A program made the position numbers and the translations under genes. Below the pieces are notes generated by a model. It did not search any database. It saw only the letters and a program-made list of their open reading frames with translations, and was not told the DNA's origin. A stretch of DNA of 64,000 bases from Fimbriimonadaceae bacterium (GTDB lineage: Bacteria > Armatimonadota > Fimbriimonadia > Fimbriimonadales > Fimbriimonadaceae), in assembly GCA_025455775.1 (NCBI GenBank), contig JALOLT010000001.1, positions 4,444-68,443 on the forward strand, in the 5' to 3' direction. This document shows positions 27,834-35,861 of this stretch, piece after piece. Numbering within the stretch: position 1 is the first letter of the stretch; every line of letters begins with the position of its first letter.

Positions 27834-27862
27834 TTGACGTTCGTCGTGAAAAAGGATAGAAT
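27834..27862 (+). promoter_or_regulatory. sigma70-type promoter candidate (TTGACG-17 nt-TAGAAT)
   Basis: -35 TTGACG at 27834-27839, a 17-nt spacer, -10 TAGAAT at 27857-27862. A GGAG Shine-Dalgarno at 27878-27881 precedes ATG 27890. Confidence 0.5.
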
Positions 27863-27889
27863 TATCGATAAACCAACGGAGTTTTTAGT

Positions 27890-28618
27890 ATGATTGGATT
27901 CGAAGCCCCCCTGAACACCCGACTCAAAGAGATCTGGGAAGACATGACCTTGCCCCACGTTGCGCCTCCTTCTGGACTGCCTAGTCAGGTTGACTGGAGA
28001 TTAAAGCCGCGACCAGGGATGATGAACGACCCTGGTACTTGGCAAGCGTTGACGGCTTGGGGACAGGTCTACCTTGCCGACGGCACCGCAATGCCCAGTA
28101 ACACGAGAATTCAGGTTGCCGACGTCCAGGCCTGGATGCTGAACAAGAAGACCAGCAAGTGGATTATGGTTCAACACTCGGAGGTTCCTAGTGGGGCCTT
28201 CTATCGGGAAGACTTTGCCGAAGACAAGAATGTCCCGAGCGATGCCAAGCCTGAAAAGGGCGGAGGCGTTTCTATCCAGCTCAAGAAGGGTTACAACTAT
28301 CACTTCTGGCCAACTGGTGATCGCTACGTATTCAAAAAAGAGGAGATCGGGGGTTGGTACTTCACAGTTCGCACCCGCCTCATCGTAGCTGATCCCAGCC
28401 AGCCGGACGATCGAAGCAAGGCGAAGGTGATGATGGGGGTGGGAGCTGATTACTGGTCTACCCCAACTGCTGGCTGGGATAACTTCAAGACGAATGCGGA
28501 TCTTGCCATCGGTCGCTTAAGGTGGATCACCAATAACTGGACTTGGCACCACATGACAACTATCACGCGGGACGAACTGGCGAAGAATCCTCCGCCAATG
28601 CCGAAGCAGACTAAGTAG
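27890..28618 (+). CDS. hypothetical protein
   Basis: 242-aa ORF with a good promoter and Shine-Dalgarno context. No family recognised. Confidence 0.7.
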   Translation: MIGFEAPLNTRLKEIWEDMTLPHVAPPSGLPSQVDWRLKPRPGMMNDPGTWQALTAWGQVYLADGTAMPSNTRIQVADVQAWMLNKKTSKWIMVQHSEVPSGAFYREDFAEDKNVPSDAKPEKGGGVSIQLKKGYNYHFWPTGDRYVFKKEEIGGWYFTVRTRLIVADPSQPDDRSKAKVMMGVGADYWSTPTAGWDNFKTNADLAIGRLRWITNNWTWHHMTTITRDELAKNPPPMPKQTK

Positions 28619-28621
28619 TCC

Positions 28622-28719
28622 TGACTGGCTCCCCTCCGCCCGCGGCCAAACCCGCCCGGTTCACCATGGGTCGCCATGATCCGAACACTCGTCCGGGCCG
28701 CCCGGCGGGGAGCCAGTCA
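28622..28719 (+). repeat. GC-rich hairpin repeat, same family, 98-nt long form (copy E)
   Basis: Arms tgactggctcccc (28622-28634) and ggggagccagtca (28707-28719) pair at 13 of 13 positions. Inner tccgcccgcgGCCAAACCCgcccgg ... tccgggccgcccgg. It starts 3 nt after the stop at 28618. Confidence 0.8.
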
Positions 28720-28883
28720 CCCGGCAGCACCTTCTCCAAGTCTTCACAGTGCCAGCCACCCCAGAAGGGGGTCGGATCGCCTCGGCCGGCGACCCCAGGT
28801 CAGGCCTCTCCCAAAATTCTTCTGCCAATCCTCGGCCAATCGGACTCACATCTTGTACGAGCGTCAAGCTCGCGAGAAGCAAG

Positions 28884-29048
28884 ATGAAACACTCCGAAAC
28901 AACAGAAAAAACCGCCGAAACTCTCACCCCCAAGAGTCATTCTCGACTCGTCGCCCTGGCCAGGCTCCTGAAAGACAGAGCCGAAACAGCCGAGCGAAAA
29001 CGACTCGCCGAAGAAGAGGCAAAACGGCAGAGAGCCTTTCTTGACTAG
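28884..29048 (+). CDS. possible 54-aa highly charged helical peptide
   Basis: ATG 28884 is preceded by GAGAAG. Translation: MKHSETTEKTAETLTPKSHSRLVALARLLKDRAETAERKRLAEEEAKRQRAFLD. It ends 25 nt before the E1-like ATG. No independent support. Confidence 0.3.
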   Translation: MKHSETTEKTAETLTPKSHSRLVALARLLKDRAETAERKRLAEEEAKRQRAFLD

Positions 29049-29073
29049 CCCGGCAGGACGTGGAGTGAACCCC

Positions 29074-30186
29074 ATGACGATGATTCGACTTCCTGCCCTC
29101 TCCTTGATAGAGGCTCTTAGGGGCCAGAGAGAAAGCATCCTCCCATGGCGGATGGGCTGCACAACTCGCGCCGACGGGATCCTGTATCTCGCTGCCCCCC
29201 TGTCAAACAGAACCCTTCTGAGCCGGGAGCCATCCTCCAGGTCGGAGCAACAACACATCCAAGTGACATTTGATCCCGTCGAACAGAGATTCTCAGCCAA
29301 AGTCCCTGATGGCTCTGAGGCGGAGGTTGAGCTTCGACCTGACTGGTCAGATGGGGCGATCGTGTCCTCAGCTTTGCAAGGGTGGGAGGAGTTAGTTCCT
29401 CCTACTCGGATTCGAATGACAGGAGCACTAGGTCTGGAGGGTTGGCTGCTCACTGGCTCACTGAAGGTCGGTGTGATAGGGGCAGGGGGGCTTGGCTCTC
29501 AGCTCCTCGTCCAAATGGTCGCAGATGGCTATCGAGATTTTGTCATCTGTGACCCAGATGTCTACGATCTCTCGAATCTTGGACGAATGCCACCAGGATT
29601 CGGGGAAGAAATCGTGGGACTCCCAAAGGCAGAGGCTCTTTCCCAAAAGCTAAAGGAAATCGAACCGCTCGTCAGGGTCGTGCCGATTCAGGCAGAGTTT
29701 GAAGGCTGGGATGCTTTCTCAAACTTCATCGACTGCGACATCGTCGTTTGTTGTTGTGATTCTGCAAGGACGCGTCGCGCTGCTGCCAGGTTTGGCTGTC
29801 GCTACCTGGTTCCCCTGATCCATATTGGCACTGGCATCTTTGCTGGTTCTGATACTCCCGTGATGGTCTGGGAGGGAGCGGTTTGGAATCCGGGCGACGG
29901 CACCTGTCTCTCTTGCCTTTTGAATCTGGATCGCTCGGCGGCAGAGAGATCCGACCTGGAGCGAGAGGTCGCGGAGAGGCGCCTTGGTTCTTTGCGGTCT
30001 CTCAACCTCGCCCCGATCTCGTGGGCGATGAGAAGCATCGAAGATCTCTTCACAGCTCGACTCCTCGAATCGACCTACGTCCAAGGGGCTTGGATTGAAG
30101 GTCACGCTCAGTTAGTTCGGGGCTCCGCCCAAAGGATCCCCGACTGTGCCTGTTCTCTGCTGGCAGCGGGAGATTACGGTCTGTGA
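29074..30186 (+). CDS. ThiF/MoeB-family E1-like adenylyltransferase with unrecognised ~110-aa N-terminal domain
   Basis: ATG 29074 with GGAG 7 nt upstream; the track start is a TTG at 29041. Motifs VGVIGAGGLGS, DLSNLGRM, GLPKAEAL, VVCCCDSARTR and the Cys pairs CLSC and CAC are collinear with MoeB/ThiF as remembered. Confidence 0.85.
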   Translation: MTMIRLPALSLIEALRGQRESILPWRMGCTTRADGILYLAAPLSNRTLLSREPSSRSEQQHIQVTFDPVEQRFSAKVPDGSEAEVELRPDWSDGAIVSSALQGWEELVPPTRIRMTGALGLEGWLLTGSLKVGVIGAGGLGSQLLVQMVADGYRDFVICDPDVYDLSNLGRMPPGFGEEIVGLPKAEALSQKLKEIEPLVRVVPIQAEFEGWDAFSNFIDCDIVVCCCDSARTRRAAARFGCRYLVPLIHIGTGIFAGSDTPVMVWEGAVWNPGDGTCLSCLLNLDRSAAERSDLEREVAERRLGSLRSLNLAPISWAMRSIEDLFTARLLESTYVQGAWIEGHAQLVRGSAQRIPDCACSLLAAGDYGL

Positions 30187-30281
30187 TGGCCCTCAGTGAA
30201 ATCTTCTGCCACCAGCCCTGCGATTCTGCTCTGATACGAGTGTCCGACCTTTGTTTCTGACCTTTGCTGGAGAAAAACACG

Positions 30282-31124
30282 ATGGCAACGACCGCCTTCA
30301 CCCCGAATCAATCTTCTGCCATGGCTCTTACCCTAGACGCTGGCCACTACCTCGCTCTGGATGAACTGATCCTGTCGAATCGAGACTTTACGAGGCCCTA
30401 TGAGCCTGCCGCCTGTGCCCCTTTTTGCCAGCTTAAAGAGGATCTGGTGGATCGCTTGCTCTTGATGCAAGCTCAAAGACTCCGAGTCTCGTATGACGTG
30501 AACTGGGAGCGGAAGGAGACGATCCTGCCAGAACTCTTCGCGACGCTCGTCTACTTAAATCGACAAGGTTGCGAAACGGGCATGGTGCTTCGACTCTTGA
30601 CGCCAACCGATCATCATTCCCGCCTGCTCCGTGCTCTCGCCCTCGCCCCCCTCGGCTATCCAGAGGTAAACCGAATTCAATCCGTCCAGGACTATCTTCT
30701 TGGCGGCTTGGCCGTTCGCTCCGCTCCCTCTGCGCAGCTTCGTTCGACCTATGACGCTATGGTTGATGAGCAGCTCGACACTCTTGCCCTTGTAGAGAAC
30801 ATGCTCGGGCAGGCGAAGGCCGAAGGCTTTGACCTCGCAGTAGAGTTCAAGCCCGAGTATGATCCGCCTTCCATGGCAGTTTGGCGAGAGGATCGTTTTG
30901 GTGGTTGTGCCCATGAGGTCCTGGTAGGGTTGCGGGGCAGCGCCTTGACGATCGACGACGAGATGGCCTGCTCGTGCAGCTCCTCGCGAGTTCTGGCGAC
31001 CCTCGAAGCGCGCTTGAACAGCCCCCTCTTCCCACCGGTTCAGGCACGGGAGGTTCTCTCTTCGCTCAAGTCCGGCCTCGCGCGCGAAATGGTTGCCGCA
31101 TTCGGCCAGATCCAAGCGGCCTAG
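30282..31124 (+). CDS. hypothetical protein
   Basis: 280 aa from ATG 30282 with GGAG 9 nt upstream; the track start is a TTG at 30264. No family recognised. Confidence 0.65.
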   Translation: MATTAFTPNQSSAMALTLDAGHYLALDELILSNRDFTRPYEPAACAPFCQLKEDLVDRLLLMQAQRLRVSYDVNWERKETILPELFATLVYLNRQGCETGMVLRLLTPTDHHSRLLRALALAPLGYPEVNRIQSVQDYLLGGLAVRSAPSAQLRSTYDAMVDEQLDTLALVENMLGQAKAEGFDLAVEFKPEYDPPSMAVWREDRFGGCAHEVLVGLRGSALTIDDEMACSCSSSRVLATLEARLNSPLFPPVQAREVLSSLKSGLAREMVAAFGQIQAA

Positions 31125-31132
31125 ACGCAGAC

Positions 31133-31166
31133 GAGCCCCCTTCTCAAAAAGGGGGCTCACCTTTTC
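31133..31166 (+). terminator. intrinsic terminator
   Basis: Perfect 10-bp stem gagccccctt / aagggggctc with loop ctcaaa, followed by accTTTTcc. It starts 9 nt after the stop at 31124. Confidence 0.75.
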
Positions 31167-31193
31167 CTCTGTGCCGGATGACAAATTTGAACT

Positions 31194-32684
31194 CTAGCGC
31201 AGCACGCCAGCAATGATCGAACGAGGGCGAACGGTGATAGAGAGTCTTCCACCCTTGGTGCCGAGCGACTGCTCTGGTTCGTCAGGAAGAGGAAAGGGAA
31301 CTCCTCCCATGGGGTGTCCGCGATGTCGGTTCCAGACCACTCTCCTGGTTTCCCAAGTGTTGGGTGGGGAGCCAGTCACTTCGTCAAAGTGGAACTGCTT
31401 TCGGTTGGTTCGAAAGGCGACTTGTTTCGCCACACCGCCAATATTCACAAGTAATAGACCCTGTGAACCGTCGCTGCGCTCGCTCACAAAGACCTGGACA
31501 GAGTCGTCTCGCCTTGTGAGACGGGTCAGACGCTCTCCAATAAATCGCTGGTGGAGGACATAGGCAGCGTAGGGGGCGTATGGAGTGCCTTCCGGCATCG
31601 GACTTTCCCTACCGCTTGCCAATATCCCGTGTTCGCCTTGGCCTCCTTCTTCTCGGGGCTTGTTATCCCAACCGTTCTTCCAATCCCAGTAGTTCGCCAT
31701 AAAGAACCCTTGTTCGTGGAGTTCACAAAGAAGGAGGGTGGTAAAAGCAGTGTTTGTAAACTCGACTGTGGGGCCAGAGTTTCCGAGAACGATGTTAAAC
31801 TCTGTCAGAGCAATCGGGTAGGTTTTGCCAGCATATTTTCGACAGGCAGTATCAACCAGCCTCCTTATTTCGCTGATCCTCTTCAGCCGAGCAAAGCACA
31901 TTTCCGGGGTTTGCGGGATGAACTTCTCTTTTGCGTCGTAGGGCCAGGCAAAGTAGTCGTGCACGATCATAAAATCGGCATGATCTTTGACCACAGGGAG
32001 CATCCGCCTTGTCCAAAAGTCGTATCCGCCAGATGTGTAAGTTCCCTTTGCGTCTTCTGGCACGATGCAGGCTCCCACTTTGATCGTTGGATCAACCTCC
32101 TTCATCGCTTTAGCAATTTCGATAAAGTGGGCTCCATACAATTCGCCAGTAGTGACTGTCTCACCAACCTTGAATCCAGCTTCCCAGGAGGCAAAAACCT
32201 CGTTTCCGATCTCCCAATAGCGGACATTCGCCTTTTGTTCGATGTTAACTTTTCGAACCCATTCTGCTGCTAGCTTTTTTGCTTTCTCGATCCCGTGCTG
32301 CCTGGCGATACCGTAGTTGATCGTGATCAGCCCAGTGGCCCCCTTGGCCTTGATCATCTTTAGGAAAGCGTCTGTATCCAGGGTCCAGGGATCCAGGATG
32401 CCAGGAATTCGCGTGGGAAACTCGTCAAATTTACGGTTCCAAACGTATTCATTGCTGGCACTGCCACCGGGGAATCGCCAAACGCTCAAGCCTGCGGCTT
32501 TGCTCTTTGCGATCTGGTCAGGATGGAGACTCCAGTCTTTACCAGCCCACCAGGCGGTGTTCATTCCGTAATTTAGGTTTTGAACTGCCGCGCCCTTTGG
32601 GACTCGATTCAGGTCTAAGCGGAGGACAGAGTTTGATGGCTGGTTAAGGAGCAGGCAGGCTGCAAGTCCAAGTGATGTAATCAT
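31194..32684 (-). CDS. clan GH-A (TIM-barrel) glycoside hydrolase, family not resolved
   Basis: 496 aa. RFPGGSASNEYVW, the acid/base-type motif YWEIGNE and the nucleophile-type LTEFN. Signal-like N-terminus. Confidence 0.75.
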   Translation of the reverse strand: MITSLGLAACLLLNQPSNSVLRLDLNRVPKGAAVQNLNYGMNTAWWAGKDWSLHPDQIAKSKAAGLSVWRFPGGSASNEYVWNRKFDEFPTRIPGILDPWTLDTDAFLKMIKAKGATGLITINYGIARQHGIEKAKKLAAEWVRKVNIEQKANVRYWEIGNEVFASWEAGFKVGETVTTGELYGAHFIEIAKAMKEVDPTIKVGACIVPEDAKGTYTSGGYDFWTRRMLPVVKDHADFMIVHDYFAWPYDAKEKFIPQTPEMCFARLKRISEIRRLVDTACRKYAGKTYPIALTEFNIVLGNSGPTVEFTNTAFTTLLLCELHEQGFFMANYWDWKNGWDNKPREEGGQGEHGILASGRESPMPEGTPYAPYAAYVLHQRFIGERLTRLTRRDDSVQVFVSERSDGSQGLLLVNIGGVAKQVAFRTNRKQFHFDEVTGSPPNTWETRRVVWNRHRGHPMGGVPFPLPDEPEQSLGTKGGRLSITVRPRSIIAGVLR

Positions 32685-32700
32685 TGCAATAGTTCGTTTT

Positions 32701-32741
32701 TTAGCTCAAAGAGAAAGGAGCCCCAAAGGTGTCAGGGCTCC
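32701..32741 (-). terminator. putative intrinsic terminator (minus strand)
   Basis: ggagccc (32717-32723) pairs with gggctcc (32735-32741). On the minus strand, UUUCUCUUU follows the hairpin. Confidence 0.5.
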
Positions 32742-32759
32742 CTCTCTGCTCTCGCCTTG

Positions 32760-32960
32760 TTATTGACCAGGTGTTGAACCTTTGTCTTGAGTGGCTCCTT
32801 GTTGTCTTGCCTCGTTCACCTTATCCATGTAATCGGCAGGGGGAGGAGACCCTTTAAAGTCCTTCGCGTCGGTGGGGCTTGTCTTTTCGAGCGGAGCCTC
32901 ACAACCAGCCAAGAAGAGACCAATCAGGGCCAGGACGCACAAGAAGAGAAGCTTTCTCAT
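32760..32960 (-). CDS. small lipoprotein
   Basis: 66 aa starting [20 protein letters not shown] (lipobox). ATGA overlap with the DUF1559 gene. Confidence 0.6.
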   Translation of the reverse strand: MRKLLFLCVLALIGLFLAGCEAPLEKTSPTDAKDFKGSPPPADYMDKVNEARQQGATQDKGSTPGQ

Positions 32961-33763
32961 CCTTCTCGCTTACCGTCCCACATGTTTCGTTCTGGCTGAG
33001 CCGTCTTGTTCGGGTTGGTTTGAACAGGCTTCATGGCCTTGGCGTGGCTATCGATAAAGACAAAGACAGAAGACTCATTGAACTTGGCGCTGACTGCCCC
33101 AGCTCTTCCGTTCGGATAGGCGGCAGTGGCAGGAAGAGTGCCATCAGGGATAGAAGCTGGTCCCCACACGTTAAAGTTGTGGCCAAAGAACATGCTGCTT
33201 GGCCAGAAGCTACTCATATTCCCAATCCAGTAGACCTTCTTCAGATCTTCGTTGTGCTTCTCAGCCAGAAGGATCGTATCCGCCGGGCGAGACATCACGC
33301 TAAAGGAGTTTTCTCCCACTCCGCCGTTGAGCCATCCTTCACCAGTGATCCCCATGGGACCGCGGAGTTGGAATCCAATTGGGTCGGTCCAGAAGTCCAT
33401 GTAGCCGTTGGCGGCAAAGGAAATTCCGACACCCATCCAGTCGTCTGCTGCGCCTCCATGCTTTTGGTAGGCCCGACCATCACCTGGGCTCGTAAAGATC
33501 CCTAAGTTCTTGGTGTATGGAGCAAGCTTTTGTTGCCAAAGAGCATCACCGTACCAGCCTGTCCCGACGCCGGATGGGAAGACGTCGTCGTTGTCGGCGA
33601 GGTAAATGTGCATCGAAGTTCCCAGTTGCTTCACATTGCTCAGAGCTTGAGTTTTCTTAGCAGCTTGCTTTGCTTGAGCAAAGACAGGGAAAAGGATCGC
33701 GGCAAGGATCGCAATTATAGCGATCACGACGAGTAGTTCAATAAGCGTAAACGCGCGTTTCAT
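32957..33763 (-). CDS. DUF1559-type protein with prepilin-like N-terminal methylation motif
   Basis: 268 aa. Starts [33 protein letters not shown]-terminal FIDSHAKAM lies at the position of the H-X9-DG motif. Confidence 0.85.
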   Translation of the reverse strand: MKRAFTLIELLVVIAIIAILAAILFPVFAQAKQAAKKTQALSNVKQLGTSMHIYLADNDDVFPSGVGTGWYGDALWQQKLAPYTKNLGIFTSPGDGRAYQKHGGAADDWMGVGISFAANGYMDFWTDPIGFQLRGPMGITGEGWLNGGVGENSFSVMSRPADTILLAEKHNEDLKKVYWIGNMSSFWPSSMFFGHNFNVWGPASIPDGTLPATAAYPNGRAGAVSAKFNESSVFVFIDSHAKAMKPVQTNPNKTAQPERNMWDGKREG

Positions 33764-33778
33764 GATTTTTCTCTTACT

Positions 33779-34849
33779 TCATTGTGAGGTCTTGCCCCCT
33801 GATTTCTTTGGAGGAGGGGCAGTTGAGTTACGGGTGACAATTCTTGATGGGACGGTCACTTCGATCGGTTGCTGAGGTCTTTCGCGAACGATCTGCATCA
33901 GCAAGTCCGCACCCTGAATTCCGAACTCAACCAAGGGTTGCTCGACGGTCGTCAGGGGGTAATTATCAAAATCTTGTGGGGTGTTGTCGAAGCCAGTGAT
34001 CGAAAGATCTCGAGGGACGCTGAGGCCAAACTCGATCGCTGCCTTCCAGGCTCCCATCGCCATATCGTCATTTGCAGCGACCAGGGCAGTGGGAGGATTG
34101 TCTTTGGTTTCAAGGAATAAGGAAACGGTCCTTTCGTAACCAGTTTGGAAATGGAAGTTTCCGACCTTGACGAAGTCTTCATCGATCAAGATTTCGTACT
34201 GACGATGAGCCCTTTCAAAGCCTGTCCATCGCTCTTGCGCGGTAGTTGACTCCGGCGGACCAGCGAGAAATGCAATCCTCTTATGGCCAAGCTCGATGAG
34301 ATGGCAAGTGAGACTATAGAGGCACTCCTCGTTGTTCGTATCGACAGAAGAGAGTAGAGGATAGCGGGCATTGATCAACACCAGAGGAATCCCCCGAGAA
34401 TGGATGGCGAGCATCCGCTCCAAACCGTTAGAAGCTCCAATAACGACGTGGCCCTCAGTTCTTCCGTCAACGTAGGGACTAAAATCAAAGGCTTCGTCCA
34501 TCCAGGTTGCCCCAGTGAAGAGCATCGCGTTTTTATGATCGCGGCGGGCCACGCGGAGGACGCCGTCCAGGATCGGGCCGAAGTAAGGGCTCCCAATGAC
34601 TGACTCGACTTCGTGAGGAAGAACAACTCCAAAAGCATGAGCTGGGAGTCCCTTCATTTGCCGCGCTGCGCTCGAAGGAGAGTATTGCAGCCGGTGAATG
34701 ACATCCAAAACTTTTCGCTTTGTGTCGGGCCTCACATCGCGCGGGCCATTGTTGATGACATACGAAACTGTGGCGGTGGAGACACCTGCCTCGCGGGCGA
34801 TGTCCTGGAGGGTCGGGCGACGTTTATCTGCCATGAGTCCAGTCATCAT
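33779..34849 (-). CDS. LacI-family transcriptional regulator
   Basis: HTH PTLQDIAREAGVSTATVSYVINN followed by a periplasmic-binding-protein-type domain. The start was moved to ATG 34849 (34846 and 34834 are also possible) because the track start at 35041 overlaps the upstream gene. Confidence 0.88.
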   Translation of the reverse strand: MMTGLMADKRRPTLQDIAREAGVSTATVSYVINNGPRDVRPDTKRKVLDVIHRLQYSPSSAARQMKGLPAHAFGVVLPHEVESVIGSPYFGPILDGVLRVARRDHKNAMLFTGATWMDEAFDFSPYVDGRTEGHVVIGASNGLERMLAIHSRGIPLVLINARYPLLSSVDTNNEECLYSLTCHLIELGHKRIAFLAGPPESTTAQERWTGFERAHRQYEILIDEDFVKVGNFHFQTGYERTVSLFLETKDNPPTALVAANDDMAMGAWKAAIEFGLSVPRDLSITGFDNTPQDFDNYPLTTVEQPLVEFGIQGADLLMQIVRERPQQPIEVTVPSRIVTRNSTAPPPKKSGGKTSQ

Positions 34850-34886
34850 TTTGTGTCTCCACCAATCCTGTTTGCGCTCTTTCCGA

Positions 34887-35519
34887 CTATCGTTTGGCTT
34901 TTCTTCGCCGTGCGGCAACCGCAGCACCAAGAGCCAAGATCCCCATCGTAAAGGGCTCAGGCACAGGCGTGAAGCGCATGTTGTCAATGTAAACAAGACC
35001 AGTTCCCTGGGTATAGGCGCCAAACTGAGTTCCGTCGGCAATGTTCAAGCCGACGAGCAGTCCCAAGTTCGGGAAGGCACCAACAGCAGGAATGGCGAAG
35101 GAAACAGACTGTGTTGAACCCATCGTGATCGGGGTCGTAACGCTTGTCCAATCATCCCAAACCTTGTGGTGAACCACGAGAGCCTCAAAATATCCAGGCC
35201 CATCAACGGGATGAACGTTGAATGAGTCGGTGGGAACCGTGATGTCGAAACTGAGCGTCCCGCCAAGAGCCATCAAGGTTTTCAGACTTGGATCTGTGGA
35301 ATTGATGAACAGCTTATAACCTGGCTCCACCTTCGCCATCAGACTATGAGTCCCTTCCGTGACTCCGATCGTGGTCGAATACTGAAGTGATCCCAGCTGG
35401 TTGCTGGAATCGGGAGACCAGACTCCTCCCGAGTTGTTGAATCCCTCCACGAGAACTTGAGAATTTGCTGCCGCAGCGAGGGCAACAGTAATTAAGCTTA
35501 TTGCAAAGAACTTGGTCAT
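34887..35519 (-). CDS. PEP-CTERM sorting-domain protein
   Basis: C-terminus FTPVPEPFTMGILALGAAVAARRRKAKR. Signal peptide MTKFFAISLITVALAAAANSQ from ATG 35519, with AGGTG Shine-Dalgarno. The track uses a GTG at 35528. Confidence 0.8.
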   Translation of the reverse strand: MTKFFAISLITVALAAAANSQVLVEGFNNSGGVWSPDSSNQLGSLQYSTTIGVTEGTHSLMAKVEPGYKLFINSTDPSLKTLMALGGTLSFDITVPTDSFNVHPVDGPGYFEALVVHHKVWDDWTSVTTPITMGSTQSVSFAIPAVGAFPNLGLLVGLNIADGTQFGAYTQGTGLVYIDNMRFTPVPEPFTMGILALGAAVAARRRKAKR

Positions 35520-35545
35520 AGTAAACACCTATGTTTCCGACTCCA

Positions 35546-35571
35546 AGAAAATCTAATCGTTTAGATTTTCT
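35546..35571. promoter_or_regulatory. AT-rich perfect palindrome, operator candidate
   Basis: agaaaatctaa-tcgt-ttagattttct: 11-bp perfect arms with a 4-nt centre containing CG. It lies 27 nt upstream of the PEP-CTERM gene ATG, and the next gene in that unit is the LacI regulator. Confidence 0.4.
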
Positions 35572-35789
35572 ATCGGCAATGATACAACCAATATTGAACC
35601 AATTGGGCCTAAATCGCAGAAAACTAGTATTTTTACTTGGTGATTCGGCGAAATCTTCCTGCTGCTGTCGCGGTGCGGCACTCCCCAAAGGGATCAAGAG
35701 GCGGCAGCTATTGCCGCCGCGGTTGTCTCAAGAGAGGTAGCGGCATATCTGGCTTGCGAGGACGTAATCCGATCGAGTGTTGGATACAC

Positions 35790-35861
35790 ACCTGCCACGC
35801 CGAGGCGCAGCCCCGGAGCGAAGCGGAGGGGAGGGCGTGGCCTCGGGGAGGCGGGGCAGGT
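35790..35861 (-). repeat. GC-rich hairpin repeat, GCCACGCCC family (copy A)
   Basis: Arms acctgcc / ggcaggt. The core 35800-35850 is the reverse complement of 58107-58157, 51 of 51 nt by eye. Confidence 0.8.

Noticed and set aside
28884-29048. Reading the 54-aa ORF plus E1-like enzyme as a microcin C (MccA/MccB)-type pair
   Set aside because: MccB-type chemistry requires a C-terminal Asn on the precursor, and this ORF ends in Asp. No MccC/D/E-type export or immunity genes are present. It is kept only as a generic candidate partner.
28800-29453. 217-aa minus-strand ORF across the E1 upstream region
   Set aside because: It is antisense to the motif-supported E1-like gene and to the small ORF. 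Its Ser/Arg/Pro-rich composition has no features.
30555-31184. 209-aa minus-strand ORF
   Set aside because: It is antisense to the 280-aa plus-strand gene, which has a proper Shine-Dalgarno, ATG and terminator. The minus-strand ORF also runs through the terminator hairpin.
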